Source of the DNA: Mustelus asterias
Taxonomy: Eukaryota
Assembly (NCBI RefSeq): GCF_964213995.1
Contig: NC_135808.1
Coordinates: 24,490,001 to 24,554,000, forward strand
Direction of reading: 5' to 3'
Length of the DNA stretch: 64,000 nucleotides
Shown here piece after piece: positions 50,435 through 64,000 of the stretch; within the stretch, counting starts at the first letter, position 1; the number at the start of each line of letters is the position of its first letter. Below the pieces are notes generated by a model. It was not told the origin of the DNA and ran no database searches. It worked only from the letters and a program-made list of their open reading frames with translations. The translations under genes were made by a program, and so were the position numbers.

Positions 50435-53400
50435 AATAGACACAAACAGGATGAGGAACTTCCTCAATATTGAGAATTGTCCAATCAGATAAGTAAAGTT
50501 GGTTATCTCACGGTGGCACAGTGGTTAGCACTGCTGCCTCACAGTGCCAGGGACCCGGGTTCAATTCCAGCCTTGGGTCACTGTCTGTGGGTCACTGTCT
50601 GGGTGCCCCAGTTTCCTCCCACACTCCCAAAATGGGTGGGTTAGGTGAATAGGCCATACCAAATTGTCCTTTCGTGTCCAAGATGTGTGCATCAGGGGAT
50701 TAGCCATGGTAAGTACGTAGAGCTACAGCGGTAGGGCCAGGGTGAAGGTGCTTTGTGTTAAAGTTGGTGCTGACTCCATGGGCTGAATGGGCTCCTTCTA
50801 TGATGCTGACTTCATCAGCGATCCGAGTGAATGAGCTGAAAGGAGTTTGATAGAGGGACAGAGGAAAGGACATTTGAGCTAACCATTCAATTAGATCACC
50901 GCTGATCTGAACTCCAGTTTCTGACAATATCCCATATCCTTAGATATCATTATCAATGCTGCAACTGTACAGGACCTTGGTGAGACCACATTTGGAATAT
51001 TGTGTGCAGTTCTGGTCACCTCACTATAAGAAGGATGTGGAGACACTGGAAAGAGTGCAAAGGAGATTTACCAGGATGCTGCCTGGTTTGGAGGGTAGGT
51101 CTTATGAGGAAAGGTTGAGGGAACTTGGGCTTTTCTCTTTGGAGCGGAGGAGGTTGAGAGGAGACTTGATAGAGGTTTATAAGATGATGAGGGGGATAGA
51201 TAGAGTGAACGTTCAAAGACTATTTCCTCGGGTGAATGGAGTGGTAACTAGGGGGCATAACTATAGGGTTCATGGTGGGAGATATAGGAAGGATGTCCGA
51301 GGTAGGTTTTTTACTCAGAGAGTGGTTGGGGTGTGGAATGGACTGCCTGCAGGGATAGTGGAGTCAGAAACTTTAGGAACATTTAAGAAGCTATTGGATA
51401 GGCACATGGAGTACTTCGGGATGATAGGGAGGAAATAGCTTGATTTGGATTTCAGACAAAGCTCGGCACAACATCATGGGCCGAAGGGCCTGTTCTGTGC
51501 TGTACTGTTCTATGTTCTATGACCCAATAAAAATCTCTCACTCTTACATTTTAAAGCTCTAATTGTTCAGAAGTTTTGATGGAGAGACTGGAAGTTGGTT
51601 CCAGACTACTGAATCATTTTAACATTATAAAAAGATCTCCCCTCAAAATTCTAAACTCTCTGGAATAAGAAACAAGTTTATACAACCCTTCAAACCTTAT
51701 CCTTTAGTTTAAAAACCCGATCCTCTAAAGTGCATCTCCACTCAGAGATCCTTTATTGTCCATTGTCAGTGTTGTGGAGTTGGGGGTAATATTTTTGCAT
51801 GAATAGAGGATTGATAAATAAGAACATAAGAACAAGGAACAGGAATAGGCCATCTGGCTCCTCGAGCCTGCTCCGCAATTCAATAAGATCAAGACTGCTC
51901 TTTTTGTGGACTCAGCTCCAGTTACCCACCTGCTACCGTAACTCTTTGACAAAGGGCTTTGACAAAGGGTCATCTGGACTCAAAACATCAACTCTCTTTT
52001 CTCTCCTTACAGGTGCTGCCAGACCTACTGAGATTTTCCAGTATTTTCTCTTTTGGCACTATAACCCTTAATTCCTTTACTGTTCAAAAATGTATCTATC
52101 CTTGCCTTAAAAACATTCAATGAGGTAGCTTCAACTGCTTCATTGCGCAGGGAATTCCACAGATTCACAACCATTTGGGTGAAGAAGTTCCTCCTCAACT
52201 CAGTCCTAAATCTGCTCCATCCTATTTTGAGGCCATTCACCCCCACTCTTTGTTTTCTGTTAGTTAACCAATCCTCTATCCATGCTAATACATTATCCAT
52301 TACACCGTGCACCTTTATCTTATGCAGCAGCATTTGGTGCGGCACCCTGTCAAATGCCTTCTGGAAATCAAGATCCACCACATCCACAGGTTCCCCATTG
52401 TCCACTGCGCATGTACTGTCCTCAAAGAATTCCACCAAATTAGTTAAACATGACCTGCCCTTCATGAACTCATGCTGCATCTACCTAATGGGGTAATTTA
52501 CATCCAGATGTCAAATAGACAAGAAACATTGATTTGGCATAAATGGGCCATTTTCAAGTTGGCCGGCTCTGGCTAGTGGAGTGTCACTAGGATCAGTGCT
52601 CGGACAATCAGCCATTTACAATCTACATTCATGACTCAGACCAAGAAGACGGGTGTAGTGTAACTAAACTTGCAGCAGCTGCAAAGCTAGCTGGAAATGA
52701 GGAAGGATTAAGTTGGTTAGGATTGTATTCATTGGAGTCTAGAAGAATGAGGAGGATTGCACAGAAACCTATAAAATTCAAAGAGGCCTCTACAAGGTAG
52801 ATCCAGGAAGGATGTTCCCAATGATGGGGGAGTCCAAACCCAGGGTTTGTTGTCTGAGGATACAAGGTAAACCATTGAGGACTGAGATGAGGAGAAATTT
52901 CTTCACCCAGAGAGTGGTAAGCCTATGGAATTCACTATTGCAGGAAGCAGTTGGGGACAAAACATTGTATATTTACTAGAAGCAGTTAGATATAGCATTT
53001 GGGGTGAAGGGGATCAAAGGATATGTGGGAAGGCTGGATTGAGTTGGAAAATCAGCCGTGATCATAATGAATGGCAGAGCAGGTTTTATGGGCTGAATGG
53101 CCTATTCCTCTTCCTATTTTCAGAGTTTCTATAAAATGCAAACTGTGTGGAGGAATAGAGAGCTGCAAAGAGATTTGGACAAGTTAAGCGAATGGGCTGC
53201 AAGGTGGCAGATTGAGTGTAACGTGGGTCAGTGTGGGGTTACACTGTGTCTCCTGCCAGCACAATATGGCCTTCTGCTCATTCACACTGGTCCATACAGA
53301 CATCACTCTGATTAACCCAGCCTGCCAGAAGGCCTTTAAATTGAAGTATGTCCATCCTTCAGTAACAGCATCCCACTTTGTTATACTGTACAAGGGAGGA

Positions 53401-55361
53401 ATAAAGAGAGGGCAGAGTGAGAGACAGAGTCAGAATAAGTTGTGGCTGTGAGACACAGGTTGTAAAATAAAATATTGGTTCCAGGAAACCTTGCAAAGTC
53501 TGTTTTTTACTTTAAAATGTTCTATCAAAGAGACAGAAGATGCAATCACATCTCTTGGTGATATTGGAGACAAGCACAGTATTAATCTAAAGTAAAGTTA
53601 AAGTTTATTTATTAGTCACAAGTAGGCTTACATTCACACTGCAATGAAGATACTGCGAAAGTCCCCCAGTCGCCACACTCCGGCACCTGTTCGGGTACAC
53701 TGAGAGAGAATTCAGCATGGCCAATTCACCTGACCAGCATGTCTTTTGGACTGTAGGAGGAAACCAGAGCACCCGGAGGAAACCCACGCAGACACGGGGA
53801 GAATGTGCAAACTTCACACAGACAGTGACCCAATCCGGGAATCAAACCCAGGCCCCTGGCACTGTGAGGCAGCAGTGCGAGCCACTGTGCCTCATTCCAC
53901 CCTAATTTCACACTCAACCTCTCTGACCTATTGTAATCTCTGCAGGTTTCAGACAGAAATGCTTTTTGAAATGAATGATTTTGTGTTAGGGTATTTCTGA
54001 GACCAGGGCACATTTATTTACTTATTAATTCAGGTGTAATGAAGTGAGACAGTTTTATCTGTGGGCCCAGTGAGTGCACATTGCACAACACTTCTGTGTT
54101 TGAGGTGAAATGTTGCTTCCTACTTCACATGGTTAGAAATCACGAGAACTGCTCGTGTGTGGCAGAGAACAGAGTTGCTGGATGGGGGGTGGGGGAGGAG
54201 CTATTCAACTTTGCTAGCACAGATCGAAAAGTAGAACACTTATTAAAAATTAGAGACCTGTGTGTACTCCACAAGGAACAGACAAATTCTTCCAGGTCGA
54301 ATCATAGAATCTCTCATGGATGAGAGGGGTGTGGAGGGATATGGTCCAAGTGCAGGTCAGTGGGACTAGGCAAAAAATGGTTTGGCACAGACAAGAAAGG
54401 CCAAAAGGCCTGTTTCTGAGCTGTAATTTTCTATGGTCCTCTGCAGTGCAGAAAGAGGTCATTCAGCCCATCGATTCTCCAACAGAGCATCTTACCCAGT
54501 CCCTATATCCGTAACCCCACATATTTACAGAGCTAATTCCCCGAACCAATACATCTTGGGACACTGAGGGGCAATTTAGCCTGGCCAATCCTAACCAGTG
54601 GGAGGAAACTGGATCACCCAGACGAAACCCACACAGACATGGGGAGAACGTGCAAACTCCACACAGACAGTCACCCTCGGCTAGAATTGAACCCTGGTCC
54701 CTGGCACTGTGGGGGGCAGCAATGCTAACCACTGGTGGTTACCATTACTAACACCACACCTGTAATTCTGTGTAGATGTTTTCCAGGCAGATGGACAAAG
54801 TACGTTTCCTTCTCCGACTCTTGGAGCGATCGGGATTTTCTAATGAGGAAAAGTTGAGCAGGTTGGGATTTATTCATTGGAGTTTAGAAAAATGAGAGGT
54901 AATCTCACTGAAACATTAGATTCTGATAGGGATTGATAGGGTAGATCGTGAACGATTCTTTCTGTTAGTGAGCAATAAAACATGAGAGCACAGCCTCAAG
55001 ATAAGAAGTGAATCATTTAAGATGAGGAAAAATTTCTTCACTGAAAGGATTGTGAATCATTGGGATTCCCTACCCCAGGGAATTGTGGATGCATCATTAC
55101 TGAAGATATTTAAAACAGACAGATTTGTGGTGTCTCAGGGAACAGAGGTGTCCAGAGAGTAGGAGTGAAAATGGAGATGAGGTAGAAAATGATGGGACAG
55201 GCGCAAGCGGATGAAGGGATTATTCCTTCTGTTATCTCTCATGTTCTTTACTGACTGAGGATTAATATCTAACCCTGGCACTTCCAACTCACAACTCATC
55301 ACCCACAGAAATCACTGCACACAGAGGGACCAGCACGATCAGCACCTCTGTGATGTTGTCC

Positions 55362-58300
55362 CTCAGTGTGTGAGCTGTGTCCTGTATTAATACTGTCCCT
55401 CTCAGTGTGTGAGCTGTGTCCTGTATTAATACTGTCCCTGTCAGTCTGTGAGCTGTGTCCTGTACTGATACTGTCCCTCTCAGTGTGTGAGCTGTGTCCT
55501 GTACTGATACTGTCCCTCTCAGTGTGTGAGCTGTGTCCTGTATTGATACTGTCCCTCTCAGCGTGTGAGCTGTGTCCTGTACTGATACTGTCCCTCTCAG
55601 TGTGTGAGCTGTGTCCTGTACTGATACTGTCCCTCTCAGTGTGTGAGCTGTGTCCTGTATTGATACTGTCCCTCTCAGCGTGTGAGCTGTGTCCTGTACT
55701 GATACTGTCTCTCTCAGTCTGTGAGCTGTGTCCTGTACTGATACTGTCCCTCTCAGTGTGTGAGCTGTGTCCTGTACTGATACTGTCCCTCTCAGCGTGT
55801 GAGCTGTGTCCTGTACTGATACTGTCCCTGTCAGTCTGTGAGCTGTGTCCTGTACTGATACTGTCCCTCTCAGTGTGTGAGCTGTGTCCTGTACTGATAC
55901 TGTCCCTCTCAGTGTGTGAGCTGTGTCCTGTACTGATACTGTCCCTCTCAGTGTGTGAGCTGTGTCCTGTACTGATACTGTCCCTCTCAGTGTGTGAGCT
56001 GTGTCCTGTACTGATACTGTCCCTCTCAGTGTGTGAGCTGTGTCCTGTACCTGATACTGTCCCTCTCAGTCTGTGAGCTGTGTCCTGTACTGATACTGTC
56101 CCTCTCAGTGTGTGAGCTGTGTCCTGTACCTGATACTGTCCCTCTCAGTCTGTGAGCTGTGTCCTGTACTGATACTGTCCCTCTCAGTCTGTGAGCTGTG
56201 TCCTGTACTGATACTGTCCCTCTCAGTGTGTGAGCTGTGTCCTGTACTGATACTGTCTCTCTCAGTGTGTGAGCTGTGTCCTGTACTGATACTGTCCCTC
56301 TCAGCATGTGAGCTGTGTCCTGTACTGATCCTGTCCCTCTCAGTGTGTGAGCTGTGTCCTGTACTGATACTGTCCCTCTCAGTGTGTGAGCTGTGTCCTG
56401 TACTGATACTGTCCCTCTCAGTCTGTGAGCTGTGTCCTGTACTGATACTGTCCCTCTCAGTGTGTGAGCTGTGTCCTGTACCTGATACTGTCCCTCTCAG
56501 TCTGTGAGCTGTGTCCTGTACTGATACTGTCCCTCTCAGTCTGTGAGCTGTGTCTTGTACTGATACTGTCCCTCTCAGAGTGAGCTGTGTCTTGTACTGA
56601 TACTGTCCCTCTCAGTGTGTGAGCTGTGTCTTGTACTGATACTGTCCCTCTCAGAGTGTCTGTACTGATACTGTCTTCAGTGTGTGAGCTGTGTCTTGTC
56701 AGCGTGTGAGCTTGTGTCTTGTTACTGATACTGTCCCTCTCAGTGTGTGAGCTGTGGTCTTGTACTGATACTGTCCCTCTCAGTGTGTCTTGTACTGATA
56801 CTGTCCCTCTCAGTGTGTGAGCTGTGTCTTGTACTGATACTGTCCCTCTCAGTCTGTGAGCTGTGTCCTGTACTGATACTGTCCCTCTCAGCGTGTGAGC
56901 TGTGTCCTGTACTGATACTGTCCCTCTCAGCGTGTGAGCTGTGTCCTGTACTGATACTGTCCCTCTCAGCGTGTGAGCTGTGTCCTGTACTGATACTGTC
57001 CCTCTCAGTCTGTGAGCTGTGTCCTGTACTGATACTGTCCCTCTCAGCGTGTGAGCTGTGTCCTGTACTGATACTGTCCCTCTCAGTGTGTGAGCTGTGT
57101 CCTGTACTGATACTGTCCCTCTCAGTCTGAGCTGTGTCCTGTACTGATACTGTCCCTCTCAGTCTGTGAGCTGTGTCCTGTACTGATACTGTCCCTCTCA
57201 GTGTGTGAGCTGTGTCTTGTACCTGATACTGTCCCTCTCAGTCTGTGAGCTGTGTCCTGTACTGATACTGTCCCTCTCAGTGTGTGAGCTGTGTCTTGTA
57301 CTGATACTGTCCCTCTCAGTGTGTGAGCTGTGTCCTGTATTAATACTGTCCCTCTCAGTGTGTGAGCTGTGTCCTGTATTAATACTGTCCCTCTCAGTGT
57401 GTGAGCTGTGTCTTGTACTGATACTGTCCCTCTCAGTGTGTGAGCTGTGTCCTGTACTGATACTGTCCCTCTCAGTGTGTGAGCTGTGTCCTGTACTGAT
57501 ACTGTCCCTCTCAGTGTGTGAGCTGTGTCCTGTACTGATACTGTCCCTCTCAGTGTGTGAGCTGTGTCCTGTAATGATACTGTCCCTCTCAGTCTGTGAG
57601 CTGTGTCTTGTACTGATACTGTCCCTCTCAGTCTGTGAGCTGTGTCCTGTATTAATACTGTCCCTCTCAGTGTGTGAGCTGTGTCCTGTATTAATACTGT
57701 CCCTCTCAGTGTGTGAGCTGTGTCTTGTACTGATACTGTCCCTCTCAGTGTGTGAGCTGTGTCCTGTACTGATACTGTCCCTCTCAGTGTGTGAGCTGTG
57801 TCCTGTACTGATACTGTCCCTCTCAGTGTGTGAGCTGTGTCCTGTACTGATACTGTCCCTCTCAGTGTGTGAGCTGTGTCCTGTAATGATACTGTCCCTC
57901 TCAGTCTGTGAGCTGTGTCTTGTACTGATACTGTCCCTCTCAGTCTGTGAGCTGTGTCCTGTACTGATATTGTCCCTCTCAGTGTGTGAGCTGTGTCTTG
58001 TATTGATACTGTCCCTCTCAGTGTGTGAGCTGTGTCTTGTACTGATACTGTCCCTCTCAGTGTGTGAGCTGTGTCCTGTACTGATACTGTCCCTCTCAGT
58101 GTGTGAGCTGTGTCCTGTATTAATACTGTCCCTCTCAGTGTGTGAGCTGTGTCCTGCACTGATACTGTCCCTCTCAGTGTGTGAGCTGTGTCTTGTACTG
58201 ATACTGTCCCTCTCAGTGTGTGAGCTGTGTCCTGTACTGATACTGTCCCTCTCAGTGTGTGAGCTGTGTCTTGTACTGATACTGTCCCTCTCAGTGTGTG

Positions 58301-58753
58301 AGCTGTGTCCTGTACTGATACTGTCCCTCTCAGTCCAAGAGCTGTGTCCTGTATTAATACTGTCCCTCTCAGTGTGTGAGCTGTGTCCTGTACTGATACT
58401 GTCCCTCTCAGTCTGTGAGCTGTGTCCTGTACTGATACTGTCCCTCTCAGTGTGTGAGCTGTGTCCTGTACCTGATGGTGTCCCTCTCAGCGTGTGAGCT
58501 GTGTCCTGTACCTGATACTGTCCCTCTCAGTCTGTGAGCTGTGTCCTGTACTGATACTGTCCCTCTCAGTGTGTGAGCTGTGTCCTGTACTGATACAGTC
58601 CCTCTCAGTGTGTGAGCTGTGTCCTGTACCTGATGGTGTCCCTCTCAGCGTGTGAGCTGTGTCCTGTACCTGATGGTGTCCCTCTCAGTGTGTGAGCTGT
58701 GTCCTGTACCTGATACTGTCCCTCTCAGTGTATGAGCTCTGTGCTGTACTTGA
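55362..58753. repeat. 39-bp tandem satellite, ~87 units, copy B
   Basis: Same unit; irregular patch at ~56575-56800. Confidence 0.98.
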
Positions 58754-61700
58754 TTTGAAAAAGTGATTAGCTGATCAGGCAGAGTGAAATTGAAAGGAAA
58801 AATGGTGCACAAAGAAACAGTATTTGGAGATTCGATGCTTGGATCAGCGTCGGGAAATTGGAATGTTTGGGAGAAAGTCGAAAGGAAGAAACAAATAGTG
58901 CGAGATCACGGAGATGTGAGACCAAAGATTAGATTATTGAATCAGGATGAAGAAATGGATCTCGCTGCTTTTCAGAAATGGGCCGTTGATGTCTGGTTGG
59001 TGGAATATCAGAAGTAGGTTAGAAAAAAGAAATTAAACACTGTCGCTGCAAGAGTGGATCAGAGGTTGGGAATTTGGTGGAGAGTAACTCAGCTCCTCGG
59101 CAAAAGTGCTATTTAGGAAGTCGGTGCAGACTCGATGGGCCGAATGGCCTCCTTCTGCACTACAAGGATTCCATGGTTGAGTTTATTCAGACAACAACTG
59201 AAGAGAGGGAGAATTCCGTGTTGAAGTTGGAAGATTCTGGGTGAACTGAGGCAGTTTGATGCTGTTGTCCGGATTGTAACCGCGGGGAGACAGACCTGGG
59301 GCAATGCCATTGAGATGATGGAAAATGAGCTGCGGGATTGACTGTTGTCGGAAAGAGAGAAAGTTAAAATAAGTTTCAAATCAAAACAGTGACTGAAGCG
59401 GATCCTCGGCTTCCGGGTGGGAAAAATTAAACAGGAAAATTCCAGTGAAATAGAAATTAAAGTGAGTGAGTGAAAGGAAATTCAGATTGTGTCCCCAGAA
59501 TCGAGAAAATAAAACAAGTTGCACTTTTTAGGTTGAGAAAGTTTGTAGAAGTTTTGGAATTGAAACACACACTATTGGAAACTCCGCCCTCTGTTGTTTC
59601 AATGTAACAATCTTCAATGTTTCCTTTTCTGTTATTTGTGAAACGCGGTTCTCCCTTAATTTCAATAACAGACATTAGTGAAGTGAGAAGATGTGATGGA
59701 ATTTATTTTATCCCCTTTTAAAAGGCACGTGCTACATTTGTCAGGTTGAAAAGATCCAGAGTGAAACTTGAAGTGCTGTGAGAAAGAATTGTGTGGACAG
59801 ATGTGTGTGTGTAAACTTCCTGTTAGTGAATGAGGAAAGGCTGTGTGAATGCTCTGCATTGCTGTTCCTTCAGACCGGCTCCAACTCTGATGTGTTTTCC
59901 TGAAAATGGTTCGGTCTTAAAGAGGATAACAGTTTAAAAGTTTTGAAATTGGAAGCTTGTTACCGGCTACAATGAAACTCTGTTGAAACTGGTGAAGCAT
60001 GTGGATTTCTAATCCAGATACAAATTCACATCTGTCAGAGTGGAGTCGTTTTTTAAGCTTTGACGGTGTAATTTCGAATTGAGGAGCTGAATTTAAGGTG
60101 ATTGTTGATGGATTATTCTTGTGTTTAAAATAGCCATAAAAATCACCCTGGGGAACAATTGGGACTTTATCTTCTGATCTATTTTGCTCCAAGGTTTTTA
60201 TTCGGAAATATCCAGTTTGAAATGGTGAATCCACAAGACTTGAAGAAATATCTTTGTTCTGCTGAAACCGCCATTACTCTGAGAACATTGTAACCCAGTC
60301 TCTTTTTGAAATCACAGTGACAGTGAATTCCTTCACCAAACGTGTTCTGATTTAGAATTAACCCATTCAGCTCCGAGCAGGATGAGCCTTTTCTGTTTTA
60401 TAAACTCACACACATCCGCACAGGTAACAATTGTGTCCAAAACTGCAAAGTGTAACAATATTTCCAACAGTGACAAGAATTGGAAACTTAGCTGCAGATA
60501 CCAATTTGTACAAAGACTTTGATATTTCAAAGATATTTGTGATTTGCCAAGACAGAGTGCTTGGGAATGGGAGATCTTGACTTGAGCACACTATCCAATG
60601 GAGTTTTTGTTTCAGTATTTTATCAGTGTCACAAGTTGGCTTACATTAACACTGCAATTAAGTTCGTATGAAAATCCCCTAGTCGCCACACTCAGGCACC
60701 TGTTGCTGAGGGAGAATTTAGCATGGTCAATGCACCTCACCAGCACATCTTTTGGTCTGTGGGAGGAAACCCACACAGACACGGGCAGAACGTGCAGACT
60801 CCACACAGGCAGTGACCCAAGCCGGGAATCGAACCTGGGTCTTTGGTGCTGCCCCATTGCACTCACTTAAAGAAACATGAAAAAAGGGCAGAAGAAATTA
60901 GAATTCACAAATTCATCACATGTGAATTAATATTTTAAAATGCTGAAGGAGAAATTTGCTGGGATTTAAAATACACTTTCGCTCCTTTCTATGAATGTTC
61001 AGAAGTAAACTATACATGGGGCTTTCTCAATTTGAGATGATTTGAAAAATGTATCATTTAATCTTCTGCTGAAGTAATGAGATGTCACCGAAGATAAGGA
61101 GCAAACATGTTAGTGCCAGAAATCAAATTCAATGTCAAAAAATTATATTTGACTGTCAACATTATCCAGGGCTCCCAGTTGAGATAGGATGAAAAATAAT
61201 GGGATGTTTGTCCGAGGAGAGTGATTGAGAGAGAGATGTAGTGTTAGGAAACATACACACTGCACACATATTAGCATCATCATGGGTGTAATCTGGTATT
61301 GAGATATATTTCACAGAAGGAAAAATGGTTTAGACTGGTAATTTGCTGACTTACTCTTGGTGATGTTTGTGCCCTTGTATAGAGGAAGGTTTCTAACAGC
61401 TAATAAGATTTTTAGACAGAATGCGTTCTCTCAAAAGCAGAACACTAGTAAGGAGTTAAATGATTCTTACAACAAGCTGACAAGAATCGTTCACACATAT
61501 GTGAATGCAGGAACAGAATCAAACAAGTAGTTATGATTTTAAAACATATATATTGATATTTTCGACGTATCTTAAATGTATTATTCACATCAGCCAAAGC
61601 GAGCTCCCGCAAGGTATGATGGCAAAGGCAAATATTTTAAAACTAAAGGCCTGGGAACCTAATAATTAGAAAAATTCATATCAGAAAGTTTCATAACTCA

Positions 61701-64000
61701 AACAATATTATGAATAAGGTTCAGTCACTGTCCACAGAATAGATATGTTCCTAGACATGGGATCACATGTCTAGCCATCTTGGCAGTGAGCTGGTGGGAA
61801 CATCCACTTTGACCTCTCCAGTAGTGTCTACCATAACCTGGCAACAGTGAAGTAGCTTTAGCCAAGAAGAGAGTGAGCATCCGGTTTTAATGGACAAATG
61901 GGATACCATTATTCTGGAAGGCACAATGCAGTTGGCTGAGGTACTTGACAGAGATTTATATTGATGTGTATATACTAAATGTAATTGATTTTAATGTCAG
62001 GTGGGAATGATTGATAAGAAAAAACTATAATTGATCTGTTTTTGATTGTATATGCCAGATCTATTGAAGAGGTTTTGTCACTCTGCAACAGAGCTACTGA
62101 ATCCTTTGGTGGTCTCCAGGCAGCTGCTTGTTTTTCTTTTAAATAAATGTTCTGTCTTTATACAGAGATATCTGCCTCGTGAGTTTTGCATTGTCGATAG
62201 TTTAAGATTGCACCGGTCATCTTGAAATACCCCACAACACCTTGTCCATGATAGTTTGGTATAAAATGACAATTGATAGGCTGGTCATTATGAAAGGCCA
62301 TGGGACCATGCAGTGGGGTGTAAGCAAAGACCCCACAACAGGACCCCTGTCTCCCCTTCCCTGCCACTCCCCCCCTCCCCATTGTCCAGAAATAATGTTG
62401 GGATCCGAATGCGAGAGTGACTGGATGAGTGTCATTCTGTTACGTGTGAAGTAGGAACTATACGGTCAGTGAGGAGAAGCTTCAGTCTGAGTGAGACAGA
62501 GACCAAAGGAGTAAATTTGGGAATGTGGTTCCAAGTGGAAATTTAACTCGGAAATCTTTTGCACGTTCAGTTTTCGAGTAAAGGTCAAATTCTGAACTAA
62601 AACCAGCAGCCTTCAAGTAAGTTAAATAGCCTAGCTGCCCCGGGCTGTCTGTCGGTGTGTATCTTCTGTGAAAACCATTGTTGGAAGGTGAAAACAGAAG
62701 TAGAAGTCAGCAAGCACACCCACAGTACCCCTGCAATGGCCAGTTTACAGACTCAACTCACAGCCTTACAGGCCACACCACTACTCTCCGAACAGGCGGC
62801 ACAGGGACACATCCACAGGCTGCACTGCACATTTGGCCAAATCTAGAGAGATCTCCCCAGCAGACACCCCATCTCCTGGGTCTGGGCAGCACGATGGCGC
62901 AGTGGTTAGCACTGCTGCCCCACAGCGCCAGGGACCTGGATTCAATCCCCGGCTTGGGCAACTGTCTGTGCCGAGTCTGCACGTTCTCCCCGTGTCTGCG
63001 TGGGTTTTCTCCGGGTGCTCTGGTTTCTTCCCACATTCCAAAAGTTGTGCTGTTGAGGTGCATTAGAAATGCTAAATTCTCCCTCAGTGTAACTGAACAG
63101 GCACTGGAGGATTTTCACAGTAACCTTCATTGCAACGTTAACGTAAGTCTACTTGTGACACTAATAAATAAACTGGAAACTTTAACTTTTGTTCAGCACC
63201 CTCTCCCCCCCGCACCGCCCCCCCCCCCCCCCCCGCCCCCCCCCCCTCACCCCAACCATGTGCAAACCCCAAGGCAGCTCTGTCGAAGAGGATGCAGCAG
63301 TGGGGCAAGGCTACAGTGATACAGATAAAATGGGTACATGAACATTGCACAGTCTTCACCTCGATCCTGCTGGGTCATTTCCAAAGGCATTTAAGAGACA
63401 ACCACATTGCTGTGGGTCTGGAGTCACATGTAGGGCAGACCAGGTAAGGACAGCAGATTTCCTTCCTTCAAGGACATTAGTGAACAAGATGGGTTTTTAC
63501 AACAGTCGGCAATGGCTTCGTGGTCATCATTAGACTTTATTTTTTATTGAGTTCAATTTCCATCCTCTACCATAATGGGATTCAACCCAGATTCCCAGAG
63601 CTTTATCCTGTGTCTCTGGATTCCTATCCAGTGACAATACCTCGACACTGCCAGCAGCCCAAACTCCATGTGGAAGTACCGGGCATGTATCACACAGCTT
63701 GATGTGTGGTGGGATTATCAAAATCAGGAATCATTGTGATCCAGCTATAGAGATGTGCAAAGAACAGATTTAATCTTCACTAATAATCCTGTGTGGTAAT
63801 TTTTTTCGAAAGTCCATATACAGAGATCCACCAAATGTTCCCATCACCGTCTGTTACCATCGCTTGATGTGCATTTCTGACCTTGCAAAGGTCCTTCTGC
63901 TGTGAGAGCTGAGAGGACTGTCACTCAGCCTCTGCTGTTCTCAGCCAGCCTCTCTGGCCCAAACACAGCACCCCGTCCCCAGCTACTGTGGGGACCAGTG

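Larger units (their letters stand above)
32419..64000. repeat. Segmental tandem duplication, copy B (runs off the window end; 64000 corresponds to ~31247)
   Basis: Colinear with copy A, with the same TE insertions and the same Penelope frameshift. Confidence 0.97.

Overview
Eukaryotic DNA, almost certainly from a cartilaginous fish (shark), judged from HE1/V-SINE-type SINEs, CR1 LINEs, Penelope elements and a shark-type MHC class I gene. The window is about two head-to-tail copies of a ~32.4-32.8 kb unit (copy A 1-32418; copy B 32419 to beyond 64000). Each copy carries one intact minus-strand MHC class I alpha-chain gene with seven coding exons (leader, a1, a2, a3, TM, two cytoplasmic). All introns are GT-AG and phase 1, and the CDS is 1032 nt (343 aa) from the downstream ATG. 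The protein has lost most canonical peptide-terminus-binding residues and gained two extra Cys, so it looks non-classical. A well-formed X1-X2-Y promoter module lies upstream. Intron 3 is largely a 25-bp tandem array of the exon-3 splice donor itself, and intron 2 holds a periodic CCAAT array. Intron 4 contains a 5'-truncated, frameshifted Penelope-like element with a minimal hammerhead ribozyme and a 9-bp target duplication. Each unit also has a Copia remnant with a 3' LTR, CR1 and other LINE fragments, SINEs, a ~3.3 kb 39-bp satellite and a distal NF-kB/ISRE motif cluster. All coordinates were derived by hand and no database searches were run.
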